64,000 nucleotides of DNA from Candidatus Shapirobacteria bacterium (GTDB lineage Bacteria; Patescibacteriota; Microgenomatia; UBA12405; BS750m-G30). Below, one piece after another: positions 9,888 to 18,448 of the stretch. How positions within the stretch are numbered: the first letter of the stretch is position 1; every line of letters begins with the position of its first letter. A program made the position numbers and the translations under genes. The DNA lies in contig JBDRHA010000007.1 of assembly GCA_043817235.1 (NCBI GenBank), positions 73,212 to 137,211 on the forward strand, in the 5' to 3' direction. The notes below the pieces were generated by a model. It was not told the origin of the DNA. It made no database searches and saw only the letters and a program-made list of their open reading frames with translations.

Positions 9888-11083
9888 GATTCTCTAAAAA
9901 AATTATTCTTTTTTTGATCCTTGCTTCAGTTTTGTTTTCCTGGCCTTTTGGCATCCAGGGTGAGGATTCAGACGAAAAAACGACCTTGCTCGAAAACCAA
10001 ATTCAAGAATACACCCAAAAGTTAAACGAGCTGGGAAAACAAAAAAGTACATTAAGCAATGAAATTGCTATTATGGATTCCCAAATCCAGCTTACGGCTC
10101 TAAAAATTCAGCAGACCCAGGGATCTATTAATTTATTAGAAAAGCAAATTGGGGAGTTGGGCGAAAAAATCAGTGAACTAAACATCTCTCTAGATAATCT
10201 ATCTTTAGTTTTCTTGCAAAGAGTATCGGAAAGTTATAAGTTTCAGTCAACCTCTCCGTTTTCTCTGTTTCTCTCTTCTTCCAGCTTTGCTGATTTTTAT
10301 CGGAAGCTTCAATATCTAAAAGCTTTACAGCTTAATGACCGGGTAGTAATGGTTCAGCTGGAAGAAACTCGTTCAAGTTTTGACCAGCAAAAGAGCCAAA
10401 GGGAAGAAAAGCAAGCGGAGCTGGTTAATTTAAAAACTACTTTGGATAGCCAAAAGAATTCTTTAGAAAGCCAAAAATCTCAAAAAGACTATCTTTTGCA
10501 AATTACCAAAAACGACGAAAAGCGTTATCAACAGTTGCTTTCCTCTGCGCGGGCAGAATATGAAGCGATTCAAGCAGTTTTGGCCGGAGCGGGAAATGAA
10601 ATTGAAGTGGGGAATGTTTCCAAGGGCGAGCAAATAGCGAGTATTATTAGCGGCAATTCGTGCAATTCTTCGGGAGCCCATTTGCACTTTTCGGTTACCC
10701 AGGGAAACAATATTGTTAACCCCTTTAATTATTTGAGCTCAAGCGTGGAGTGGAGAAACTGTTCTGGATATAGTTGCGGAGGAGAAGGAGACTCTTTTAA
10801 CCCCGCAGGCTCTTGGGATTGGCCAATCAATTCGCCTATTACCTTCACCCAAGGTTATGGCAATACCTGGGCGGTTAATCACCAATCTTGGCTTCCTTAT
10901 GACTTTCACAACGGCATTGATATTTTTAATGATAGTTTGGCGGTAAAAGCAGTAGCGGACGGGAAGCTATATCGAGGAAGCTATACCGGAATTGGAGGTT
11001 GTGCCTTGCGCTATGTTCGGCTTATTCACAAAGACTCTGATGTTGAATCTTATTATTTACACATTAACTATACTAAGTTTTAG
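9884..11083 (+). CDS. Secreted coiled-coil protein with M23-family peptidase domain (EnvC/CwlO-like FtsEX partner)
   Basis: Signal peptide, long coiled coil, GAHLHF and HNGID zinc motifs; follows ftsEX. Confidence 0.82.
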   Translation: MRFSKKIILFLILASVLFSWPFGIQGEDSDEKTTLLENQIQEYTQKLNELGKQKSTLSNEIAIMDSQIQLTALKIQQTQGSINLLEKQIGELGEKISELNISLDNLSLVFLQRVSESYKFQSTSPFSLFLSSSSFADFYRKLQYLKALQLNDRVVMVQLEETRSSFDQQKSQREEKQAELVNLKTTLDSQKNSLESQKSQKDYLLQITKNDEKRYQQLLSSARAEYEAIQAVLAGAGNEIEVGNVSKGEQIASIISGNSCNSSGAHLHFSVTQGNNIVNPFNYLSSSVEWRNCSGYSCGGEGDSFNPAGSWDWPINSPITFTQGYGNTWAVNHQSWLPYDFHNGIDIFNDSLAVKAVADGKLYRGSYTGIGGCALRYVRLIHKDSDVESYYLHINYTKF

Positions 11084-11117
11084 TTAGATTTGGGATAATG
11101 GTATTATTATTATATAA

Positions 11118-11312
11118 ATGAAGGCTAAAGATAAAGAAAGGTTTTTTCAAATTTATGCCAATCTTCCTTTTAATATTCGGAATGGCGAAATTATTGCAGT
11201 AGTAGATGGTGAGCCGTTTACCTGGAATGCGGCCAGACTAGAAGTTGAAAATAATACCAAAAAAGGTGAAGAGATTTTGGGAAAGCTAATTAAATTAAAA
11301 ATAATCAAATAA
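11118..11312 (+). CDS. Small hypothetical protein (64 aa)
   Basis: ATG preceded by -10-like TATTAT boxes; first of three tightly packed genes. Confidence 0.65.
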   Translation: MKAKDKERFFQIYANLPFNIRNGEIIAVVDGEPFTWNAARLEVENNTKKGEEILGKLIKLKIIK

Positions 11313-11313
11313 G

Positions 11314-11565
11314 ATGAAGAATAATAGAAAAATTCAAAAGCGTTGCGAAAACAAGAGGGTTGAAGAAGAAGTGCGTGAGCTGATAATCGAACGAATTAAG
11401 GCGGCTTCTGGTGATTTGGGAATTTCTATAGGTTCGGATGAATATACCAAAGAGGAGATTTTAGAGAGTGTGGAGGAGGGCAGTGAAATAGGTCAAGAAA
11501 TTATGGACGCTCAGATGGAATATCTTCGGGATATGGCTGAAGGCAAAATATATAAAGATGAATAA
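11314..11565 (+). CDS. Small acidic hypothetical protein (83 aa)
   Basis: 1-bp gap to the upstream gene; overlaps the downstream gene; pattern resembles the 64-aa protein. Confidence 0.65.
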   Translation: MKNNRKIQKRCENKRVEEEVRELIIERIKAASGDLGISIGSDEYTKEEILESVEEGSEIGQEIMDAQMEYLRDMAEGKIYKDE

Positions 11566-12205
11566 GGCCCTTCTTGTTACGAGGCCAAATCATGATTTAA
11601 CTACGAATTATCTATTTTGTTGGAGTTTGCCTGTGATTAAGGAAGCAAGAAAGAAAGACTTTCAAGTTTTAGATTTGGAAGGAAATAAGGCCAATAAAAA
11701 GAATTTTGACAGCCATATTAAAAGACACAGGCCTATATTGGTTTTTTTCAATGGGCATGGTTCTAAAGAAATGATTGGTGGATTTGATAATGAAGTTTTG
11801 GTTAGGGTGGATAGAGATGAAAAACTCCTTTCAGAAAAAATGGTTTATGCAAGGAGCTGTGACTCTGCTGAAGAGTTAGGCTATAAATGCGTCAGGAAAG
11901 GAACAATAGTGTTTATTGGCTATAGAAGAAAATATTTCTTGGTTTACTCTCAATCGAAAAGCACCAGGCCACAGCAAGATGAGGTAGCAAAATTATTTCT
12001 CGAGCCCTCCAATTTAGTTCCAATTTCTTTACTAAAAGGAAATACTGCAAGCATTTCCTTCAAAAAATCCCAAGGTGGTATGCGGCGTAATTTGCGATTC
12101 ATGCTTTCAAGTAAGGCGTCACAGGTACAGAGAGATGCGGCTCCTTATTTGTGGCGTAACATAAAATCTCAAGTTGTAATAGGAAACAAAAAAGCAAAAA
12201 TCTAA
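11558..12205 (+). CDS. Putative clan CD (caspase/gingipain-like) cysteine peptidase
   Basis: LVFFNGHG and MVYARSC motifs give a His-Gly...Ser-Cys dyad pattern. Confidence 0.55.
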   Translation: MNKALLVTRPNHDLTTNYLFCWSLPVIKEARKKDFQVLDLEGNKANKKNFDSHIKRHRPILVFFNGHGSKEMIGGFDNEVLVRVDRDEKLLSEKMVYARSCDSAEELGYKCVRKGTIVFIGYRRKYFLVYSQSKSTRPQQDEVAKLFLEPSNLVPISLLKGNTASISFKKSQGGMRRNLRFMLSSKASQVQRDAAPYLWRNIKSQVVIGNKKAKI

Positions 12206-12216
12206 AACTCTAGATA

Positions 12217-13413
12217 TTGATTGCGCAAAGAGCGATTTTTGTGATAGATTATTTTTTAATGCCCAAGGGATGGATTTTTATTTTCTTCGTGATACTGCTG
12301 TTATTTCCGATAAAAAGTTTGGCAGTCTCTGACTTAATTTTATATAAATTTAGTTCTTTTTCTTCCCCCGACTGGATAGAAATCAAAAATATTAGTGAAG
12401 AGAGTATTTCTTTAAATAATTATTCGTTAGAGGATGAGGCTGGAAACAGGAAGACAAATTTTGACTGCTTTTTAAATTCAGGAGGAATTTATGCTGTTGA
12501 TTTTAGTAACTGGTTAAATAACGGCGGAGACGCTATCTATTTAAAAGATGTCGACGGAGTTATTGATTGTGCTGCTTATGGAGATAGCGAGTGTCCAGGC
12601 GAAAATCCATTAGATTTTGAGGAAGACAGTGATAACAAATATGGTATTTGGAATGGGGTAAGTTGGGAAATTACTGATGATTCCGGCAAAGCTGAAAATT
12701 CGGCTTGCGAAGTATTGCAGAATACTCCGGTTGTTGCTCCGACGCAAGTAAATACACCGACAGTATCTTCTAGTGGCAATTTTAAAATCAACGAGGCCAA
12801 GGATAGCGATGGTGGGAATATTTCTAACGCTAAGATATATGTGGATGATGTCTATACCCATCATTACGCTCCGGAAGATTTAGGGTTTTGCGATGGTTGT
12901 GATTGCAACAGTGGCGGAGAAGCTAGTTGCGGCTACGGCCAGCATAATATTAGGTTGACTAAGGACGGATATCAAGATTGGTAGCAAACAGTAACAATTA
13001 ATTCTGGGAATAATTATGAGGTTGATCCGATTTTAACTAAAGAAACCCCCACCTCCACTCCAACGCCTTCGTTTACGCCGACACCAACAATTAAGCTAAT
13101 AACTACCACTCCCAAAGCTTCTTTGACGCCGGCCTTGTCGCCTACTCCGACAGCAGATAGCGACTTAACCCCGACCTTAAAAGATGAAATTTCTTTATCG
13201 GTAACAAAAGAAAGTGGCCAGGCCGGCGAAATTTTGGGCGAAGCAAAGGAAGGAGAGAAGTCTTTCGGCTCAGTGAAAAACAAGAAAATTTTGGCTGGCG
13301 GCTTTATTGGCTTGGGCGGCGGCCTGATAGTGGCTGCTTCTTTGGCCGGAAACAAGAAGAAGCAAGAGAAAGCTGATTTTGATACAATGGAAGATAATGA
13401 AGACGAAAGCTAA
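12217..13413 (+). pseudogene. Surface protein (lamin-tail-like domain, PEGA-like domain, Thr/Pro linker, C-terminal TM) interrupted by an in-frame TAG at 12982-12984
   Basis: DWIEIKN/WLNNGGD lamin-tail-like motifs; GQHNIRLTKDGYQDW*QTVTI PEGA-like; frame continues into ORF 13123-13413. Confidence 0.65.
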
Positions 13414-13801
13414 AAGAGCACTTCGCTTTTTAGGGCCAATCTTGTGGATGGCTTTTATTTTTTATCTTTCCTCGCGGCAAAGAATTGCCGTAAGCTCGAA
13501 CTACTGGCTGAGCTTTTTTATTTTCAAAACTTTGCACATAATAGAATATGGGATCCTTTTTTTCTTTTGGTATTCGGCCCTTTACGATCGAAAGGATAGA
13601 TTGCGATTAGCGATTATTTTTTCTTTTCTTTATGCAGTATTTGACGAACTGCACCAAAAATTTGTTCCTACTCGGGAAGGAAAAGTGCGGGATGTTTTTA
13701 TTGATTTATTAGGGATAATTATTTTTTGGCAGGTATTTTTAAATAGGTTGGAAAAAACAATAATTAAAATACCTATTCTTAAAAATATTCTCCCCTCCTG
13801 A
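13397..13801 (+). CDS. VanZ-family membrane protein
   Basis: WMAFIFYLSS, KTLHIIEYGIL, YAVFDELHQKFVPTREG..RDVFID. Confidence 0.88.
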   Translation: MKTKAKRALRFLGPILWMAFIFYLSSRQRIAVSSNYWLSFFIFKTLHIIEYGILFFFWYSALYDRKDRLRLAIIFSFLYAVFDELHQKFVPTREGKVRDVFIDLLGIIIFWQVFLNRLEKTIIKIPILKNILPS

Positions 13802-13826
13802 GTCTATTTGAGGTCTTAATATCCAG

Positions 13827-13855
13827 TTGACAAAGCACTGAATAGTTTTTAGGAT
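13827..13855 (+). promoter_or_regulatory. Sigma70-type promoter upstream of the TasA-like gene
   Basis: TTGACA-17 nt-TAGGAT. Confidence 0.6.
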
Positions 13856-13926
13856 ATAGGTTAGAAGAATTAGCACTTAAGATAAAGACAAATAGTTTAT
13901 GAAGTCGGATATTTTATTTATTATCG

Positions 13927-13958
13927 CCGTCCAGCATTAATGCTTGGGCGGTTTTTTT
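13927..13958 (+). terminator. Intrinsic-terminator-like hairpin in the 5' leader of the TasA-like gene
   Basis: CCGTCCAGCAT-TA-ATGCTTGGGCGG followed by T7, just before the AGGAGGT RBS. Confidence 0.6.
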
Positions 13959-13976
13959 ATGGAAGGAGGTGAAAAA

Positions 13977-14618
13977 ATGAAAAGAATCTTAACAAGTTTA
14001 TTTGTAATTGGGGTTGTGGCGGGTGTAATTACTAGTGCAACCAGTGCCTATTTTGCCGACGAGGGTGAAATTCAGGGTGTAACTTTTTCTACAGGCAATG
14101 CTGATTTGCAAATGACTCAGGTGTATATGCACAATTGGTATGCAGACAATGCATCTGCTGCGGATTTAGATATCCATCTTCCGGATGATCTTTACCCGGG
14201 CTATGAGGGAAGCTGGGGCAGCCCTGATGGGGCGATTTATTTGGGTAATTTTAGCGGCTCGCCGATTGATTTAACGGTGAGCGCTAGTATTACGAACTAC
14301 GCTGAAGATGTGGCTGGATTGGGCGATACGATTAAATTAGCCATGGCTTGGGGTGGAAATTGTGATAATCTGGGAGCGGGCACGGGCTTTCATGCTCTGT
14401 CTTGGTGGCAGTCTCACTCGGAAGATCTTTTTACTTATATTTCCGGCTCGGCCGACCCTGCTACCTGCGGCTTTATCCCCAATGAGCATTCTGGTGGTTA
14501 TGGAGGGTACGCAAGAGCCTTAAAGTTTTTCTTGAAAGTTCCGAACAATGCTGGGGATGAAATAGCCAATGGCGTGGCTTCGTTTAACATCCATTTTGAC
14601 GCCGAGCAAATGCATTAA
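13977..14618 (+). CDS. TasA/camelysin-like protein with SipW-cognate signal peptide
   Basis: MKRIL-hydrophobic-TSAYFADEGEIQGVTFSTGNADL; C-terminal FDAEQ; AGGAGGT RBS; adjacent to SipW. Confidence 0.78.
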   Translation: MKRILTSLFVIGVVAGVITSATSAYFADEGEIQGVTFSTGNADLQMTQVYMHNWYADNASAADLDIHLPDDLYPGYEGSWGSPDGAIYLGNFSGSPIDLTVSASITNYAEDVAGLGDTIKLAMAWGGNCDNLGAGTGFHALSWWQSHSEDLFTYISGSADPATCGFIPNEHSGGYGGYARALKFFLKVPNNAGDEIANGVASFNIHFDAEQMH

Positions 14619-14643
14619 CTCAATAGCTCTTTGGGGATGTTAA

Positions 14644-14684
14644 CTTGATGGGGTTGCCCAAAGCATTTGGGCAACCTAGTCAAG
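14644..14684 (+). other. Strong intergenic hairpin between the TasA-like and SipW genes
   Basis: GGTTGCCCAAA-GCA-TTTGGGCAACC with outer CTTGA/TCAAG arms; no U-tract. Confidence 0.55.
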
Positions 14685-14687
14685 GTG

Positions 14688-17273
14688 ATGATTAAAAAAT
14701 TATCGAAATTGGGTCTTGGTCTAATTTTATTCTTGCTTCTTTTAGTAGCTTTGGCAACCGGATTAAGCGGTACTAAGGAAATTGCGGGCTTTAGGCTTTT
14801 TAGCGTAAAATCCGCTTCTATGTTTCCGGTATTAAAAGCGGGTGACTTAATTATTATTAAAAGAGACAACTTTTACGCTGTGAACGACATTGTTACTTTT
14901 GCCCGGGAGGCTGGCGCAGATAAAAAAGATGGCAAGACTGTGACCCATCGGATTGTTGACAAGTCTAACTTGGGGGAAAAGATTTTTTATATCACCAAAG
15001 GTGATGCCAACGAAACAGCTGATCGTGAGCTGGTGGCTTTTGAAAATATATTGGGCAAAAAGGTGTTTGCTTTCCCCTTAGCCGGCTATCTTATTAGTTA
15101 CACCCAGACCCTGCCGGGTTTGCTTATCTTAATCGTTATTCCCGGAACCGTTATTATTTATTCAGAACTAATCAAAATTAAGACGGAGTTATTTAGCTTG
15201 TTGGACAAAAAGAAGTCTTCTAAAAGTAGAATAATATTTATGGCAGTGATATTGACCGCTTACTTATTAAGACATCTTGGGTCTCCCTCGTTTTCTTATT
15301 ATGCGGATAGTGTTTCTTTGGGCCAGTTTAGCTTTTCTTTAGGAGATTGGACAAGGCCGAAGTCGGAAATTATCTCGGAAGAAACTTTGCTTAACAGTTT
15401 GCAGTTTAATATTGACTACGAAGCTTCCGATAATAATTTAGATTATATAGAGCTTTGGTATTCCTATAATTTTGGCGATTGGCAGCTATTTGCTGTGGAT
15501 ATTCCCGCTTCTTTGGGGGATTTTGATTTTACTTCGCCCGAAGGAGATGGCTTTTATCGGTTTATTACGGTTGCCGTTGACAAATTAGGAAATTGCGAAG
15601 ACAAAGACGATAATAGTGTTGACGATAATCTAGAACTAGAAGATCTTGCTTTGTTTTTGGGCTGGGATCTTTACGAGGTGCAGGTAGACACCCAAGCTCC
15701 TTATACGATTTTATCTTTGGGTGAATTTGGCGACGATGATTGGGGTGAAAACCGCTTTGGGCTAAACGAGCAGACGCTAAGCGGCAATTTTGAAGATACA
15801 TCTGGCTCGGAAAGAAACTGGATTATGGGGGGTGACGGCGACCATCGGGCAATTGACAATCTTGGCTTAGCTGGCCAAGCCGAAGTTTTTGGCGGTGATT
15901 ATTCCGGGCTAATAGGCTGGTTTGACTCTGATCCTGCAGTTGTGGGGACGGATTATCTTTATCAAATAATTACCCTGCCTAATACCCCCGCTACTTTGTC
16001 TTTCTGGTTCAGGGTTCTTAGTGAAGATACGGTTGATTATGATTCTTTTACGGCCAAAGTTATTGACGAAGCTGACCCGAGCAATGAAGAGGTAATTATC
16101 AGAACCGGTTCTGATGAACTTAGTGGCTGGTCTTTTGATAGTTTTTGGCAGGAAGTTACCTATTCATTAAATAGTTGGTTAGGAAAGACGGTTAAGCTTT
16201 GGTTTGGAGTAGAAAACAAAGATGAGCAGGCAATTCCTCTTAGGACATATGCTTTAATTGATGATCTTCGCGTGACTAATTTAGATAACTGGCTGACTAC
16301 CGGAAAAGAGATTGAGGTAAAAGCGAATGATCTTGGATCGGGAGTAGAGGCAACCTATTGTCGGATTAACGGAGGAAGCTGGGAGGAATGTTTGGGAATT
16401 TTTACTCCCAACGAAGCCGGCATTGGAGACAGCCAAGATTTGAATATTGAGTATTATTCAATTGATTTGGCCGGAAACCTGGAGGCTACCGAAAGCTTAG
16501 AGCTAAAAACCGATAACAGTAAAAGTTATTTTGGCCTGGTTTTAAACCAAATATCACCTCGACCCTCGGGGTCTGATTCAGGAACAAGCGGTTTGCCTTT
16601 AGAGGGGGAGTGGGTCGAGCTGTGGAATAATTCGGATGCGGATATTGATGCTGACGGCTGGGTCTTGCGGGAAAAGAGCGGAGCCTTTTTGCCTATTAAA
16701 GCGCAGAACTCTGATAATAATGGAAATTTATCTGATGGCGGTGAAACCCTAGTGCCGCCAGGCGGCTGGCTGAGAGCCTATCGAAATGGCGACTCGGATT
16801 TTAATTTGAATGATGATGTTGATAAAGTAGAGCTTTGGACCGACTATGAGGGCAGTGGTGGAAGCCTAGTTGATTCTTTTAGCTATGGTGAAGTTTTAAG
16901 CGATGATAAGACTTGGAAAAGAAATCCGGATGGAACCGGAGCCTGGGCTGACCCGGGCGTAGATATTGATTTTACTTCTTTGGGCTCCGGTAAATTTAGG
17001 CTTCAAGTTGGCAGTTTGCCCCAAAAAACAAAGCAGGTAAACTACGAGGTTCTTTACTTTAGCCTAGGGGTAGAAAAGGGTGTTTACGGAGAGGCAAAAG
17101 AGATTAAGGAGCAAAATTTAAAAAAAGAATTAATTTTAGGAACTTGCTCGACTGACGGATGCTTAAATGACTTTATTGACCAAAATCAAATCTTCGTAAA
17201 TTTAGAAATAATTAAAGAGGCGGGAATAGAAGATATTCATATTGAAAGCAGCTTTCTGTTTGTGATTAAATGA
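14688..17273 (+). CDS. SipW-type signal peptidase I (S26B) fused to a large acidic extracellular region with a lamin-tail-like domain
   Basis: SVKSASMFP, GDLII, VTHRIV, ITKGDAN; later SFSYYADS..FSLGDW; GEWVELWN lamin-tail-like motif. Confidence 0.8.
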   Translation: MIKKLSKLGLGLILFLLLLVALATGLSGTKEIAGFRLFSVKSASMFPVLKAGDLIIIKRDNFYAVNDIVTFAREAGADKKDGKTVTHRIVDKSNLGEKIFYITKGDANETADRELVAFENILGKKVFAFPLAGYLISYTQTLPGLLILIVIPGTVIIYSELIKIKTELFSLLDKKKSSKSRIIFMAVILTAYLLRHLGSPSFSYYADSVSLGQFSFSLGDWTRPKSEIISEETLLNSLQFNIDYEASDNNLDYIELWYSYNFGDWQLFAVDIPASLGDFDFTSPEGDGFYRFITVAVDKLGNCEDKDDNSVDDNLELEDLALFLGWDLYEVQVDTQAPYTILSLGEFGDDDWGENRFGLNEQTLSGNFEDTSGSERNWIMGGDGDHRAIDNLGLAGQAEVFGGDYSGLIGWFDSDPAVVGTDYLYQIITLPNTPATLSFWFRVLSEDTVDYDSFTAKVIDEADPSNEEVIIRTGSDELSGWSFDSFWQEVTYSLNSWLGKTVKLWFGVENKDEQAIPLRTYALIDDLRVTNLDNWLTTGKEIEVKANDLGSGVEATYCRINGGSWEECLGIFTPNEAGIGDSQDLNIEYYSIDLAGNLEATESLELKTDNSKSYFGLVLNQISPRPSGSDSGTSGLPLEGEWVELWNNSDADIDADGWVLREKSGAFLPIKAQNSDNNGNLSDGGETLVPPGGWLRAYRNGDSDFNLNDDVDKVELWTDYEGSGGSLVDSFSYGEVLSDDKTWKRNPDGTGAWADPGVDIDFTSLGSGKFRLQVGSLPQKTKQVNYEVLYFSLGVEKGVYGEAKEIKEQNLKKELILGTCSTDGCLNDFIDQNQIFVNLEIIKEAGIEDIHIESSFLFVIK

Positions 17274-17277
17274 AGGT

Positions 17278-18180
17278 ATGCTAAAAAGATTGAAGAGTTT
17301 GTTCATCCCTCAGGAAGGTAATAATTTTCGAGCTAAGTTGCTTCATCCTTCAACCTTGGCTTTCCTGGTCGGTATTTTTCTTTTTAATCAAACGGTTTTG
17401 AATCTAGTTGCTATAGGCAGTCCGGGAGTTTTGGGTTATGTTTCCAAAATATTACCCGAGCAGGTGGTAGTTTTAACGAACGAGAAAAGGCAAGAGGCGG
17501 GATTAGAGTCTTTACAAATCAATGACTCGCTTAATGAATCTGCCCAGCGCAAGGCGGCGGATATGTTTGCTTTTGATTATTGGGCTCACGAATCTCCTTC
17601 CGGTCGGTCCCCTTGGGATTTTATTGCCGAGGTTGGGTATGCAGAAAATCAAGGTGGTTATATTAAACTGGGGGAAAATTTAGCCAAAGACTTTGCGGCT
17701 TCCGAAGGGGCGGTGGATGCTTGGATGAAATCTACTACTCATCGGGAAAATATCATGGATCCTGCTTTTCAGGAGATAGGCGTGGCAGTGGTGGAAGGCA
17801 CGCTTCAAGGATATAAGACTACTTTAGTGGTTCAGCATTTTGGCAAAGCCAAAGACGCAAAAGAGAATTCGGGTATTGCTGTTCAGGCCCAAGAAATTAA
17901 ACCTCAGGGAGAAAGTCTGTTCTCTGAGCAGAAAGCTTTGGTAATGGGTCAAGATCTTTCAGGGGTTGAGCAGGAAGCGCCGGTAATTAACCCTTTAATG
18001 GTTACCAAAACACTTAGCGCCTTGCTTTTTGGTTTAATTATTTTGGCAGTAATTGTGGATGCGGTTTTCTTACTGAAGAAGAAAATTCATCGTCTTTCCG
18101 GGCGCAATTTGGCTCACGCCCTATTTTTAGCCTTAGTCTTTTTGCTTATAATTTTAAGCCAGCAGGGGGTGATTAATTAA
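17278..18180 (+). CDS. CAP/SCP-domain membrane protein
   Basis: LTNEKR, KAADM..YWAHESP, GENLA, WMKSTTHRENI, EIGVAV. Confidence 0.9.
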   Translation: MLKRLKSLFIPQEGNNFRAKLLHPSTLAFLVGIFLFNQTVLNLVAIGSPGVLGYVSKILPEQVVVLTNEKRQEAGLESLQINDSLNESAQRKAADMFAFDYWAHESPSGRSPWDFIAEVGYAENQGGYIKLGENLAKDFAASEGAVDAWMKSTTHRENIMDPAFQEIGVAVVEGTLQGYKTTLVVQHFGKAKDAKENSGIAVQAQEIKPQGESLFSEQKALVMGQDLSGVEQEAPVINPLMVTKTLSALLFGLIILAVIVDAVFLLKKKIHRLSGRNLAHALFLALVFLLIILSQQGVIN

Positions 18181-18181
18181 G

Positions 18182-18448
18182 ATGTTTTTAAAAGAAGTTA
18201 AAAGGCATCCGGTCGATTTTGGAATTTTGGTTTTCGGGCTGATAATTTTAGGAATTGCTTTTGTTCGTTTTCAATTTTTACCCTTAACTCAAGAAAAAGT
18301 TTTGATTTTAGCTTCTTCTTTTTACTTTCTTTGGGGAATAACTCATCACCTGCTTCGAGGCGACTTTCATTTTAAATTGCTAATCGAATATCTTTTGATT
18401 TCTCTTTTTGCTTTATCCGCCGGTCTGCTAGTCTTAAGCCAGGTTTAA
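18182..18448 (+). CDS. Small membrane protein
   Basis: Three hydrophobic segments; YFLWGITHH and EY motifs; coupled to the upstream gene. Confidence 0.65.
   Translation: MFLKEVKRHPVDFGILVFGLIILGIAFVRFQFLPLTQEKVLILASSFYFLWGITHHLLRGDFHFKLLIEYLLISLFALSAGLLVLSQV

Noticed and set aside
12982-12984. TAG stop-codon reassignment
   Set aside because: TAG ends several clearly bounded genes here (e.g. 9015, 11083, 22045, 27515); only one internal case was seen.
13040-13150. ACTCCA/ACGCC-type short repeats, also near 29060-29105 and 29475-29497
   Set aside because: They simply encode Thr/Pro linkers.
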